From positions 14,635 to 78,634 of the forward strand of contig JAAYIF010000052.1 of the NCBI GenBank assembly GCA_012523575.1: 64,000 nucleotides of DNA, read 5' to 3'. The stretch's first letter is position 1, and every line of letters starts with the position of its first letter. Positions 49,775 to 60,178 of this stretch are shown here, piece after piece. Both the position numbers and the translations under genes were made by a program. The DNA is from Clostridia bacterium (GTDB lineage Bacteria > Bacillota > DTU086). Below the pieces are notes generated by a model. The model made no database searches, had not been told where the DNA came from, and was given only the letters and a program-made list of their open reading frames with translations.

Positions 49775-50137
49775 TTAAGGGCCATCGTGCACCTCTACAA
49801 TTCCATTGTGCTCGTCCACCAGCACAATCCGGGGATGATGTTCCGCAAGCTCCTTATGATTAAAGAAGCCGTAGGCCATAATGATCAGCAAATCGCCGGG
49901 TTGAGCCAGGCGGGCGGCGGCTCCGTTGACGCAGATTTCCCCTTCTCTTTCCCCTTCCATAACATAGGTTTCAAAACGATTCCCGTTATTTATATTCACC
50001 ACCTGAACTTTTTCGTAGGGCAGGATGGAAGCCGCTTCAAGGAGTCTCCAGTCTATGGTAATGCTTCCCACATAATTGAGATTTACCTCCGTTACCCTTG
50101 CCCTGTGGATCTTGCTCCTCAGCATTTCCCGAAACAC
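49775..50137 (-). CDS. panD: Aspartate 1-decarboxylase
   Basis: Start set at GTG giving [29 protein letters not shown] (cf. B. subtilis [29 protein letters not shown]). Pyruvoyl-forming G-S site. Confidence 0.9.
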   Translation of the reverse strand: MFREMLRSKIHRARVTEVNLNYVGSITIDWRLLEAASILPYEKVQVVNINNGNRFETYVMEGEREGEICVNGAAARLAQPGDLLIIMAYGFFNHKELAEHHPRIVLVDEHNGIVEVHDGP

Positions 50138-51003
50138 GGATAATCCCCCCAAACGAAGTTATCGATGAGCCGGGTTTTCCCTATCCAAACCGCCACCGCA
50201 ACAAGAACGGGACCGTTAATAGTTTCAACCTCCCTAAGGGTTTCTATGTCCCTCAGGTCAACATAATCAATTCTAGCAAGGGGTTCATTTTCTATCACCT
50301 TTTTAACGGCTTCGATAATCTTTGCTGCATTTCTTTCCCCTGATTGGAGAAGCTCCTTTCCCTTCCGGAGACTTTCAGGAACCACCAAAGCCGCTTTTCT
50401 TTCCTCATCATTTAAGTAAGTGTTGCGGGAACTCAGGGCCAGCCCGTCCTTTTCCCTTACGGTGGGCAGAATGACAATTTCCAAGGGGAAATTGAGATCC
50501 CGTACCATCCTCCTTACTACCAGGGCCTGCTGGGCGTCCTTCTGCCCAAAATATGCCCGGTCAGGCTGGGTTATGTTGAACAGCTTTGAAACCACTGTGG
50601 TTACGCCCCTGAAGTGCCCGGGCCTGGAAGCGCCGCACATTACTTCCGTAAGACCCAGAACCTCCACGTAGGTGCAGTAACCAATGGGATACATTTCCTC
50701 CGCCGACGGGGCGAAAACGGCGTCCACTCCTACTTCCTCCGCCAGCTTAATATCCCTATTTAGATCTCTGGGGTAGGTATCATAATCCTCATTTTCACCA
50801 AACTGGGTGGGATTCACAAATACACTGGCAACGGTAAAGTCATTCTCTTCAACGGACCTGCGCATCAAGCTCAGGTGCCCCTCATGGAGATAGCCCATGG
50901 TGGGAACCAAACCTATGGTTTTGCCCTGTAATTTAATTTTTCTGCAGAGCTTCTGCATTTCCGAAGCGTCGGTTACCACAATCATCCCAAGCTTCCCCTC
51001 CAC
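50119..51003 (-). CDS. panC: Pantoate--beta-alanine ligase
   Basis: 294 aa. [17 protein letters not shown]-type motif. Overlaps panD by 19 nt. Confidence 0.9.
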   Translation of the reverse strand: MEGKLGMIVVTDASEMQKLCRKIKLQGKTIGLVPTMGYLHEGHLSLMRRSVEENDFTVASVFVNPTQFGENEDYDTYPRDLNRDIKLAEEVGVDAVFAPSAEEMYPIGYCTYVEVLGLTEVMCGASRPGHFRGVTTVVSKLFNITQPDRAYFGQKDAQQALVVRRMVRDLNFPLEIVILPTVREKDGLALSSRNTYLNDEERKAALVVPESLRKGKELLQSGERNAAKIIEAVKKVIENEPLARIDYVDLRDIETLREVETINGPVLVAVAVWIGKTRLIDNFVWGDYPCFGKC

Positions 51004-51023
51004 AGCCTAAATGGATTCATCCT

Positions 51024-51890
51024 TTATTTTTCCTTTAAAAGCTCGCCAATGGCCTTTGCCCTTTCCGGGCTGATATGCCCCTTTTCCCGGGACAGTTTTA
51101 AAGTTTCCAGGCCTAAAATCCGGTATGCTTCTAGATACTGGGGCAATTTATCCTCCAAGACCCTCAGATGCGCCTCCACCGTTTCAGCATCACCCCGGGC
51201 AATGGGTCCCGTCAGAGCCGCCGGGGGTTTAAGATGCTTCAAATTTTCAAGGGTTCCTTCCATTAAAGGTATGAGGGCCTGGGTAAGAAGGGATTCATCA
51301 ATTCCTGCGGCTAACAGCATTTGGGACCCCATGGAGAATAAAGACACAAGATAATTGGAAACCACACATAAAGCGGCATGATAAAGGGCCTTGTCCTCCC
51401 TGCTTATAATAAAATATCTGCCCCCTATTGCCTCTACAATCCTTTTACCCACTTCGATGCCTTCCTTATCCCCTTCAAGGCTGAAAACAGCCCGGGACAG
51501 GTTTTTTACCCCCTGCTCCACATCGGCACAGGACTGAAGGGGATGTATGGACAGCAAAAAGGCTCCATGATCCCGGGCCGGGGAAAGAACATCGGCCCCC
51601 AAGGAACCGCTCATGTGGGCCACCACCTGGCCTTTAAAAAAGGCACCTTTTTCCGCCAATTTTTCTGCGGTTTCCCCTATGGCGGAATCAGGGGTGGTTA
51701 TAAACAATAGCGGGCACTTTGAGGCCAGCTCTGCGGGATCCTCGTACCGTCTGGAGCCCGTAGCCTTTGCAGCCCTTTTGGCAGATTCAAGACTCCTGCT
51801 ACAGTAGCCTTCTATCTCAAAACCCTTTTCCTTTATAAGCTTTCCCATGGCCGTACCCACGACCCCTGCTCCGATAAATCCCGCGCGCAT
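51024..51890 (-). CDS. Rossmann-fold oxidoreductase with DUF2520 domain (putative ketopantoate reductase-type)
   Basis: 288 aa. GFIGAGVVG dinucleotide motif. C-terminal DUF2520-like domain. Adjacent to panCD. Confidence 0.65.
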   Translation of the reverse strand: MRAGFIGAGVVGTAMGKLIKEKGFEIEGYCSRSLESAKRAAKATGSRRYEDPAELASKCPLLFITTPDSAIGETAEKLAEKGAFFKGQVVAHMSGSLGADVLSPARDHGAFLLSIHPLQSCADVEQGVKNLSRAVFSLEGDKEGIEVGKRIVEAIGGRYFIISREDKALYHAALCVVSNYLVSLFSMGSQMLLAAGIDESLLTQALIPLMEGTLENLKHLKPPAALTGPIARGDAETVEAHLRVLEDKLPQYLEAYRILGLETLKLSREKGHISPERAKAIGELLKEK

Positions 51891-52071
51891 ATTAAACCCT
51901 CCATAAAAATTAAGCCTTCCGGACCAAAGGGTACGGAAGGCATAGCATCGACAGACCGTCTAACCTCCGTCTCGGTCCTCACAGGATCCAAGCGGAAAAA
52001 AATAGGATATTTAAATGTTAACACAGGAACGGTCCCCTGTCCATAAAAGCTCCTTTATATTTCACTCACTT

Positions 52072-52614
52072 TTATACCGGAGATTCCTTATAAAAAACAA
52101 CATCCTCCTGAGAAGGATTTAGCCTTTTAAGAATCTCCCTGAGAAGGATACCGTCGGGAAGACGGCAGTCGGGATAAATTTCAAGAAGGGGAATGAGCAC
52201 AAAGGCCCTCTCCTTAAGTCTGGGATGGGGAATTTCCAGCTCCTTTGTTTTAACGATTTCATTATCAAAAAGCAGGATATCCAGATCTATTTCCCTGGGG
52301 CCAAAGCGCACCCCGGGCTTCCTTCCCATTTCCTTCTCTATGGTTTTAAGTTCCTTTAACAGCTCGTAGGGCTGTAAGAAAGTTTTAATTTTTGCCACCA
52401 TATTAAGGAAAAGGGGCTGCCCCAGGGGGCCTCCCACAGGTTTGGTTTCGTAAATTGACGATGTGCTTTCCAAAGCAATTTTTTCATGGGCTCCAAGTTT
52501 TCTTAAAGCATCCCTAAGGTTTTTTTCCCTGTCTCCAAGGTTTGTTCCTAGACCCAAAAAGACCTCGTGCACCATTGACTTTTCATCCCCATTATTCACA
52601 TACACTATTATCAT
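52072..52614 (-). CDS. folK: 2-amino-4-hydroxy-6-hydroxymethyldihydropteridine diphosphokinase
   Basis: HPPK motifs (…FLGLGTNLGDR…GPREIDLDIL…). True start may be the internal MVHEVFLG. Confidence 0.85.
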   Translation of the reverse strand: MIIVYVNNGDEKSMVHEVFLGLGTNLGDREKNLRDALRKLGAHEKIALESTSSIYETKPVGGPLGQPLFLNMVAKIKTFLQPYELLKELKTIEKEMGRKPGVRFGPREIDLDILLFDNEIVKTKELEIPHPRLKERAFVLIPLLEIYPDCRLPDGILLREILKRLNPSQEDVVFYKESPV

Positions 52615-52988
52615 TAACTATCCTTTAAGTCCCCATACATCACAGCCCTAACCTCCGCATAATCCATGTGCCCCCCTACGGGAGCATTGGGTTTGCGAAC
52701 TCTAACCTCCGCTCTCTCCACGGGAAAATCCTCAACGATCCTTTCCGCTAAAGTGCAGGCAAGAGTTTCAATGAGATTATATCTTTTAGAATTAAAAACC
52801 TCCACAACAGTCCCGTAAATTTGGGAGTAGTCCACCGTTTCTTCCAAAGAATCCTTAATAATCCCCTTATCCCAGGTTAAGCTCACTTCCACATCAATTT
52901 CAAAAACCTGCCCTCTTTCCCTTTCGTGGGGCAGGACACCGTGGAAGCCATACAGCCTTATTCCTTTAAGGGTGATCCTACCATCCAT
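52614..52988 (-). CDS. folB: Dihydroneopterin aldolase
   Basis: Start set at MDGRITLKGIRLYGFHGV. FolB signature. Confidence 0.85.
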   Translation of the reverse strand: MDGRITLKGIRLYGFHGVLPHERERGQVFEIDVEVSLTWDKGIIKDSLEETVDYSQIYGTVVEVFNSKRYNLIETLACTLAERIVEDFPVERAEVRVRKPNAPVGGHMDYAEVRAVMYGDLKDS

Positions 52989-54177
52989 GGGCCTCACCCT
53001 TTCCCAGCAAGGCATCGGTCATCCGGACCACCCTAACCATTTCTTTTACATCATGCACCCTTACAATATCCGCTCCCCGGAGGATTCCCACGGTAACAGC
53101 GGCGGCGGTACCCTCCAGCCGCTCCTCCGGAGGAAGTTTCAGGACATTTCCTATTACCGATTTCCTGGACACCCCCAGGAGAATGGGCTGACCCAGCACC
53201 TTCAGGACATCAAGCCCATTTATCACCTCCAGATTCTGACGGGTATTCTTGGCAAAGCCTATACCGGGGTCCAGGATTATGTTTTCCCTTTTTACTCCTT
53301 TCTCTTCAGCAAGCTCCCTTTTCTTCCTTAAGGTCCTTATTACACCTTCAAGAATACTTTCTGTATTTTCCGGGACACCGTGCATAATGATTATGGGTGC
53401 GCCATATTTTGCCACTGTCTCTGCCATGTGGGGATCCGCCAGGCCGGAAACGTCGTTGATTATATGGGTTCCCCTTTCCAGGGCGAGGCGGGCCACTCTG
53501 CTTTTGTACGTATCAACGGAAATGGGAACCTTAACCTTATCCACCAGCTTTTCCAAAACAGGCATAAGCCTTGAAATTTCCTCCTCTTCGGATACGGGCT
53601 CAAATCCGGGGCGGGTTGATTCAGCCCCCACATCAATAATGTCAGCCCCCTGCTCTTCCATTTCCAGCGCCCTTTCAAGGGCAGCATCGGGGTTATTATA
53701 AAGGCCACCGTCAGAGAAGGAATCCGGGGTTACATTCAATATGCCCATTACGAGGGTTTTTCTTCCTAGCACCAGTTCCTTTCCCCGGCAGGAAATTTTC
53801 CTTACCCTGTTCCCCATAAGGTATTCCAATGCCGTTTCCAGTTCTTCCCCCAGTTCCTTTAACCCAAAGGGCTGCTGTTTCAGCTTTGGGATCAATTTTT
53901 TAAACTGGGCCAGCGTTCCCATAAGCAGGGCATAGGTGGAATCGGCACCGCAGATAACGCTGCCCTTTACAGCGGCTTCTCCGCCCTTGGTAAGCATCTC
54001 CTGCTTTAATATGTTGGCCGCCTGGTGTTTTAACGGCCCCACCTTTAAAGTAAAAAATTTTCCTTTGGGAGCCATTATGGAAATACCACCGGGGCACACA
54101 CCCATTTCTTGCATAATTTTTTCCGCTGTTCCTGGGGCGTCTATAGTAACGGGAAAAATGTCATAGCGCACCGGCAT
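52978..54177 (-). CDS. folP: Dihydropteroate synthase with ~120-aa N-terminal extension of unknown function
   Basis: 399 aa. DHPS core starts at …KTLVMGILNVTPDSFSDGG. The preceding ~120 residues have no DHPS counterpart. Confidence 0.8.
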   Translation of the reverse strand: MPVRYDIFPVTIDAPGTAEKIMQEMGVCPGGISIMAPKGKFFTLKVGPLKHQAANILKQEMLTKGGEAAVKGSVICGADSTYALLMGTLAQFKKLIPKLKQQPFGLKELGEELETALEYLMGNRVRKISCRGKELVLGRKTLVMGILNVTPDSFSDGGLYNNPDAALERALEMEEQGADIIDVGAESTRPGFEPVSEEEEISRLMPVLEKLVDKVKVPISVDTYKSRVARLALERGTHIINDVSGLADPHMAETVAKYGAPIIIMHGVPENTESILEGVIRTLRKKRELAEEKGVKRENIILDPGIGFAKNTRQNLEVINGLDVLKVLGQPILLGVSRKSVIGNVLKLPPEERLEGTAAAVTVGILRGADIVRVHDVKEMVRVVRMTDALLGKGEAHGW

Positions 54178-54184
54178 CCCCTCT

Positions 54185-54535
54185 TTACATTCTGATTTGA
54201 CTGGGCCTTATCTTCTCAACCATGAGGGCCTGCTCCGCCGTAGACAAAATTGCCCTAAAGGAAACTTCTCCCACAATATCCGCTTCCACCACATCCACAT
54301 TAAACCTTCTACCCACAGCCCTAACATGTTCAAGCACCTTAAGGGGAGGAACCTCCTCAACATCCTTTATACCTATTAAAATCCTGGCTTCATGGGCCTT
54401 AAAGGCTTCCCGCACAATTCCCCGGGCCCAAATTTTTTCCTCCCCCCAAAACTTCACCAGCCCTTTGGCAATGTAGCTAGCTTTCCGGGCATCATCGGTG
54501 GAAAGGGTAAGATTGTACCTCATTTCAAAATCCAA
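54185..54535 (-). CDS. Hypothetical protein (116 aa) upstream of folP
   Basis: Coding-like composition, same strand as and adjacent to the fol operon. No family recognised. Confidence 0.4.
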   Translation of the reverse strand: MDFEMRYNLTLSTDDARKASYIAKGLVKFWGEEKIWARGIVREAFKAHEARILIGIKDVEEVPPLKVLEHVRAVGRRFNVDVVEADIVGEVSFRAILSTAEQALMVEKIRPSQIRM

Positions 54536-54668
54536 TGGAATTTACCCCCATTTATACTTTTTATAAAAACATATGAGGGTACATTAAAATTTTTTCCAAT
54601 TTTTAAAAAAGTACCTGCACAGTGCAGGTACTTTTAGACAAAGGAAAGTGAATTTTTACGAAAAGCCT

Positions 54669-55124
54669 TTACTCATACAGCCAGACATCCACATTTTTGT
54701 CATAGCTTAAAATTTCATCATTGCTGAAATACAGGGAAATTTCCCTCTGGGCACTTTCTTTGGAATCAGCGCCATGGATAACATTGCGGCCGATTTCCAG
54801 ACCAAAATCTCCCCTTATGGTTCCCGGAAGGGCTTCCTGGGGATTGGTCTTGCCCATCATTTTTCTCACTTCATCCACTGCATTTTTCCCTTCCAGAACC
54901 ATGGCCACCACAGGCCCGGAAGTAATGTACTCCAAAAGTCCCGGGAAAAAGGGTTTGTCTACGTGCTCCTTATAATGCTCCCTTGCAGTTTTCTCATCCA
55001 GCCTCATGAGTTTGAGAGCCACAATTTTTAATCCCTTTTCCTCAATACGAGAAATAATTTTCCCGATAAGGTTCCTCTGCACCCCGTCGGGTTTGATCAT
55101 TACAAAGGTTTTCTCCAAAGACAC
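54669..55124 (-). CDS. ndk: Nucleoside diphosphate kinase
   Basis: 151 aa. Active-site NVIHGADS. Confidence 0.95.
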   Translation of the reverse strand: MSLEKTFVMIKPDGVQRNLIGKIISRIEEKGLKIVALKLMRLDEKTAREHYKEHVDKPFFPGLLEYITSGPVVAMVLEGKNAVDEVRKMMGKTNPQEALPGTIRGDFGLEIGRNVIHGADSKESAQREISLYFSNDEILSYDKNVDVWLYE

Positions 55125-55132
55125 CGCCTCCC

Positions 55133-57100
55133 TTAAACCAAATCATGACAGTAATTATAGTTTAACATTATAAAGGGTTTGTTATCACTTACTGCAAAAT
55201 CTGCGGGGTGCGGATCCAACGGTTCTCCGGCACTTTCCCCTTTTTCCTTTTGTTCAGCCTCTTTTTCTTCCCCTTCGCCTTCAAGGGCTTTGGGTTTTTC
55301 CGCCCCCTCAAGAAGGGCAATAAACTCCTCTGCCTCTAAGGTTTCCTTTTCCATTAGTGTTTCCGCAATGAGGTGAAGCTTTTCAATATTATCGCTGATA
55401 AGCTCCTTGGCTCTGGCGTAGCACTCTTCTATTATTCTCCTTGCTTCCTTGTCAATGGAAAAGGCTACGGCTTCCGAATAGTTGCGCTCCCGGGCAATAT
55501 CCCTTCCCAAGAATACCTGCTCATGCCTGGTGCCGAAGGTCAGGGGCCCCAGTTCTTCGGACATTCCGTATTCCGTAATCATTTTTCTAACCAGTTCCGT
55601 TGCCCTTTCCAGGTCGTTTTGGGCACCGGTACTGATTTCTTTCAATATAAGCTCTTCAGCCACCCTGCCCCCCAAAAGCATGGTAACCTGGTCCAAAATC
55701 TGGGATTTGGTCATGTACCTTCTGTCTTCCCGGGGAAGCAGAAGGGTGTACCCACCGGCACGTCCCCGAGGAATGATGGATACCTTATGCAGAGGATCCG
55801 TATGGGGCAGAAGGTGCCCTACCAGAGCATGACCGGACTCGTGATAAGATACCAGTTTCTTTTCAAAATCGCTCATAACCCTGGACTTTTTCTCCGGACC
55901 GGCAATAACCCTTTCAATACTCTCCTCCAGGGCATCCATGGTGATCACTTTCTGGCCCCTTCTGGCGGATAAAAGGGCTGCCTCATTTACCAGGTTAGCC
56001 AAATCCGCTCCGGTGAATCCCGGTGTACGCCTTGCAAGGACGTTGATATCTACATCGGAGGCCAGGGGTTTTCCCTTCATGTGCACTTTGAGTATCTCTT
56101 CTCTTCCCTGAATATCGGGAACGTCCATGGTTATCTGGCGGTCGAAACGTCCGGGACGGAGAAGGGCTGGGTCCAAAATGTCCGGCCGGTTTGTGGCCGC
56201 AATGATAATTATTCCTTCATTTGCTTCAAAACCGTCCATTTCCACCAGAAGCTGGTTTAGGGTCTGTTCCCTTTCGTCGTGGCCGCCTCCCAAACCTGCG
56301 CCCCGCTGTCTTCCCACTGCATCAATTTCATCTATGAACACAATACACGGAGCATTCTTTTTAGCCTGGTCAAAAAGATCCCTAACTCTGGAGGCTCCCA
56401 CTCCCACAAACATTTCCACAAAATCGGAACCGCTTATGCTGAAAAAGGGAACGTCGGCTTCCCCGGCAACGGCTCTGGCTACCAATGTTTTACCCGTTCC
56501 CGGAGGGCCGTACAGCAGCACCCCTTTGGGAATGCGGGCTCCCAGCTCGCTGAATTTTTTTGGATTTTTAAGGTACTCAACAATTTCCTGAAGCTCTTCC
56601 TTTACTTCATCGGCACCGGCAACATCGGCAAAGGTCACCTTCCGCCTGTCGCCAGTATGCAGCCTTGCCCTGCTTTTACCGAACTGCATAACCCTACTGC
56701 CCCCGCCCTGGGTCTGCTGCATCATGAAAAACACAAGACCCACCAGCAGAAGTATGGGCAAAAAGGTACCTAAAAGATTGGTCCACCAGGGCGGCTCCGG
56801 GGGTGACTTAACGTCCACCACCACTCCTTTGGTCCTGAGAGTCTCTATCAACCCCGGTTCCACAGGGGCTTCCAGGGTAAATTCCCTGCCGTTTTTATAT
56901 TCACCCACCACCCTGTAGATGTTTTTTTCGCTCACCAATGTTACTTCACTTACCTGACCTGCTTCCACTTTCTGCATAAACGCAGTGTAATTTATCTTTT
57001 CCGTTTCGTTCTCCGTGGGGGTGGCCCACCGAACGATGGAAACCGCTATAAAAACAATAAGCAGGTATATGGCAAGATTTTTTAGAATTCTATTATGCAA
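55133..57100 (-). CDS. ftsH: ATP-dependent zinc metalloprotease FtsH
   Basis: 655 aa. AAA Walker [14 protein letters not shown] (HESGHAL). Confidence 0.95.
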   Translation of the reverse strand: MHNRILKNLAIYLLIVFIAVSIVRWATPTENETEKINYTAFMQKVEAGQVSEVTLVSEKNIYRVVGEYKNGREFTLEAPVEPGLIETLRTKGVVVDVKSPPEPPWWTNLLGTFLPILLLVGLVFFMMQQTQGGGSRVMQFGKSRARLHTGDRRKVTFADVAGADEVKEELQEIVEYLKNPKKFSELGARIPKGVLLYGPPGTGKTLVARAVAGEADVPFFSISGSDFVEMFVGVGASRVRDLFDQAKKNAPCIVFIDEIDAVGRQRGAGLGGGHDEREQTLNQLLVEMDGFEANEGIIIIAATNRPDILDPALLRPGRFDRQITMDVPDIQGREEILKVHMKGKPLASDVDINVLARRTPGFTGADLANLVNEAALLSARRGQKVITMDALEESIERVIAGPEKKSRVMSDFEKKLVSYHESGHALVGHLLPHTDPLHKVSIIPRGRAGGYTLLLPREDRRYMTKSQILDQVTMLLGGRVAEELILKEISTGAQNDLERATELVRKMITEYGMSEELGPLTFGTRHEQVFLGRDIARERNYSEAVAFSIDKEARRIIEECYARAKELISDNIEKLHLIAETLMEKETLEAEEFIALLEGAEKPKALEGEGEEKEAEQKEKGESAGEPLDPHPADFAVSDNKPFIMLNYNYCHDLV

Positions 57101-57249
57101 AAATTACCCTCCTTTCAAAAAAACCCAGGCACTTCCCTCAGGATAAAAAATTTATTGTAAATTCAGTAAAATTCACTACATTTCATGAGATTTCATTTTA
57201 TCATAAGAAGACACAAAACTCAATCATAACATATGTTCATAACTACCTT

Positions 57250-58659
57250 TTAATTAGTTATATAATCAATGTGCAGGATTTTTTGGGTATTTTCCGTTAT
57301 TTTAACCCTTTCATCTATTCTAAACCCCGCAAACCACACAATACCTTTCTGATCCAGCACAACGGGTATCTTTTCCCTCTCTTCCCGGGGGACTTTGGCA
57401 TCTATCAGGATGTCCTTGATTTTCTTTCTGCCCTTTAACCCAAGGGGGTTGTATCCGTCCCCATCGGTCCTGGAGCGCACAAAGAGGGGCAGCTCAAGCT
57501 TGTTTAAATCCATATAGGCCGTTTCCGGTGGAGAAAAAAGATACTGTCTTCCCACTTCTCCGACATTTAAAATCTCTGCTTTTAAAAGGGCGCCGGTTTC
57601 AGGGATTAGCGTTGTTCCTGGAACCTTTATTTCCCTTTGATATCTTATCCCTTCTTTCTTTTTTTCAAAATCTTCCTTTATAAATGTAACAGCTTCATAG
57701 GTTTTATAAGCAGCGGCGCTACAGGGGAGTACAAGTTTTTTCCCGGTGGAACCTTTATAAATAAAATTTCTCACCCTTTCCACATGTTTATATTCCAGCC
57801 CCTCCTCAATTCCCGTAACCCATGTCCAGCAGTGCCGGATAATCCTTCTCTGGAGGGCTTTGTGAAGGGGGGTAAATTTTTTAATAGGAAGGATTAATTT
57901 ACCGCCGTCCTTTTCCGAAATTACTACTTCTTTAAAAACTTTACGGGTTTCCAAATCCATATATTCGTTTTCAAACAAAAGGATTTCCGCAGTCCTGTTT
58001 AAAGCTTTCACAATGTTGGGGTTGTAACCTTTCAGTACAGGCAGCAGATCATGCCTGATTTTATTCCGGGTATAAATAACTTCTTCATTGGTGCTGTCCC
58101 ATACAAAGGAAAGCCTATGTTCTGAGCAGTACCTTTCAATTTCTTCGCGGGTGACTTCGAGAAGGGGTCTGATGACATTTTTATACTTAGGTCTAATCCC
58201 TTCAAGGCCCTCAGGCCCCGTACCCCTTAACAGGTGAAGAAGCAGGGTTTCCGCCCTGTCATCGGCATTGTGACCCACAGCAATTTTTGCCGCTCCCACT
58301 TTTTCCGCCGTATTGGCTAAAAACTCATATCTAACTTTCCTGGCAGCTTCCTCCAGGGAAAGCTTTTCCTTTTCCGCCAGCTGAGCCGCATCAGCACGTC
58401 CCACGGTGCAGTGGATGCCCAGTTTTTGGGCAAAGGTGGATGCGAACCGGGCATCCCTTTCTGCTTCCTCACCCCGCAGCATATGATTAAGATGGGCTAT
58501 GTGAAGGGTTATCTCGTATTCTTCTTTAAGGCGGTGCATTACATGGGCCAGGGCAACAGAATCCGCGCCCCCCGAAACAGCCAAAAGGATTCTTTCCCCT
58601 TTTTTAAGGAGCCCAAATTTGTCAATGGTTTTTTTAACCTTTTCAATCAAAACTCTCAC
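57250..58659 (-). CDS. tilS: tRNA(Ile)-lysidine synthetase
   Basis: 469 aa. PP-loop SGGADS. Confidence 0.9.
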   Translation of the reverse strand: MRVLIEKVKKTIDKFGLLKKGERILLAVSGGADSVALAHVMHRLKEEYEITLHIAHLNHMLRGEEAERDARFASTFAQKLGIHCTVGRADAAQLAEKEKLSLEEAARKVRYEFLANTAEKVGAAKIAVGHNADDRAETLLLHLLRGTGPEGLEGIRPKYKNVIRPLLEVTREEIERYCSEHRLSFVWDSTNEEVIYTRNKIRHDLLPVLKGYNPNIVKALNRTAEILLFENEYMDLETRKVFKEVVISEKDGGKLILPIKKFTPLHKALQRRIIRHCWTWVTGIEEGLEYKHVERVRNFIYKGSTGKKLVLPCSAAAYKTYEAVTFIKEDFEKKKEGIRYQREIKVPGTTLIPETGALLKAEILNVGEVGRQYLFSPPETAYMDLNKLELPLFVRSRTDGDGYNPLGLKGRKKIKDILIDAKVPREEREKIPVVLDQKGIVWFAGFRIDERVKITENTQKILHIDYITN

Positions 58660-58857
58660 CTGCCTAAAGGCGAGGACGCTTTAAAACTTCGCCGGTTAAA
58701 CACCTTTTCCTGCCGTATGGTTAATTTTTCCTTCTATAGTTTTGTCCGTCCTTTTCTTCATTATACAGTAAAAAAGGCCCTAAGGCCCTTGGAGGAAATA
58801 CGGGGAAAAATACCCTGCACTTAATGCTTTTATAAGCTAAATACGGGCGGATTATAA

Positions 58858-59885
58858 CTACTTGCCTTTATAGAGTGGGTTGTCAATAATTATAACGTTA
58901 TCCCCTCCAGCTTCAAACACAAGCTGTTTAATTTCGGTAAAGTCCTTAAAGCCGTTTTCTCCCCCACGAAGGGTATTGCCTTTGTCATCAGCCGCAACGA
59001 AACTTTCGGGAACTTTCTTGTAAGTTTCTTTGCCATCAATGACAAAACGAGGATCAGCATGGTATCTTATTTTATCACCTGCTTCAACCAAATAATGATG
59101 CGGTCCAGCTCCCCTATTAGGTTGTTCAGCGGTAATTTCAATTTTATCTTTATAGAACTTTACACCGTAAACAGTAGTGTATTTGTTTACTTTTATCCCT
59201 TCAGCTGGGAATCCGTTTTCAGACACCTTAATTACATTCTTTCCTTCTAGTCTTTGCTTCCACTGCGGAACCACATAGCTGTAATCGCTTGCCTTGAAAG
59301 TTTCACCAGTTACAGGAGGAGTCGGCTGCGGTTTCTGTTCCCCCACATATTCCATAATGTTAGAGTAGTCAGGCTTTTCTTCTCCCTTGGGATAACACAC
59401 TACAACTTTATTTTCAGCATCCCATGCTACCTCGTAGCCCAGTGCCTCAGCCACATACCTTGCGGGTAAATAGGTTCTTCCGCTTTTCAGTATCGGTGCT
59501 ACGTCCATAGTCTTCGAAATCCCGTCACTCTTGATTTTTGAGCCTACAGATAGCTCCACAACCGGTAGCCCGGGTTCCTTGAAGGTTACCTTTGGGGAAT
59601 TCCAGTAAATATACTTGTTGGTTACCCAAAGGCGTTTCCAAGGTAGCGGATCGGAACAAAAGTCCTTCCGTCTTGAATGAATGGGGTAGCATCCATCTTT
59701 ATCCCCGGGGTTTCTCCGTTTACGAAGTATTCCTGTACTCCAATTACGAAAACTACGCTTTTTACCAGCTTGCCGTCTTCGTATACGTCCACCTGCTCCT
59801 GATCCTGCGCCATTGCAGGTACTGCCGTGCAGGTCAGGATAAAAGCCATCAAAAGAACCAGAGATACTTTTTTCTTAAAGTACAA
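58858..59885 (-). pseudogene. Secreted copper-amine-oxidase-N ('stalk') domain protein gene split by a frameshift at a G-run
   Basis: ORF 59622..59885 (signal peptide + CuAO-N domain …FVPIRYLGNAFG*) continues in the +1 frame as VTNKYIYWNSPKVTF…VELSVGSKIK… (ORF 58858..59559). One extra G in the GGG run near 59615-59617 restores a single ~340-aa reading frame. Confidence 0.6.
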
Positions 59886-60178
59886 ACACCTCCAGATTAT
59901 CTGTTGGTAATTGCTTAATTTACCCCTCCCATTCTACCATAATTTACTATTTTCCTGAAATTCATTCCCTTAAATAAAAAAGCCCGGGCAAAACACCCAG
60001 GCAGCTCGCAGCTCGCTCTCTATTAAAACCGCTTTGTGATATTTTATCACAATCCTTGTGAGTTTTTATCACAATTTATGTGATATCGCAGCGGATATTC
60101 TGCTTACCAAAAAGAGGAACGTGAGAGAAGCAAATCGTTCCAAAGAAAACCAGAAAACCGGTTTTTTCAATCCACCCT

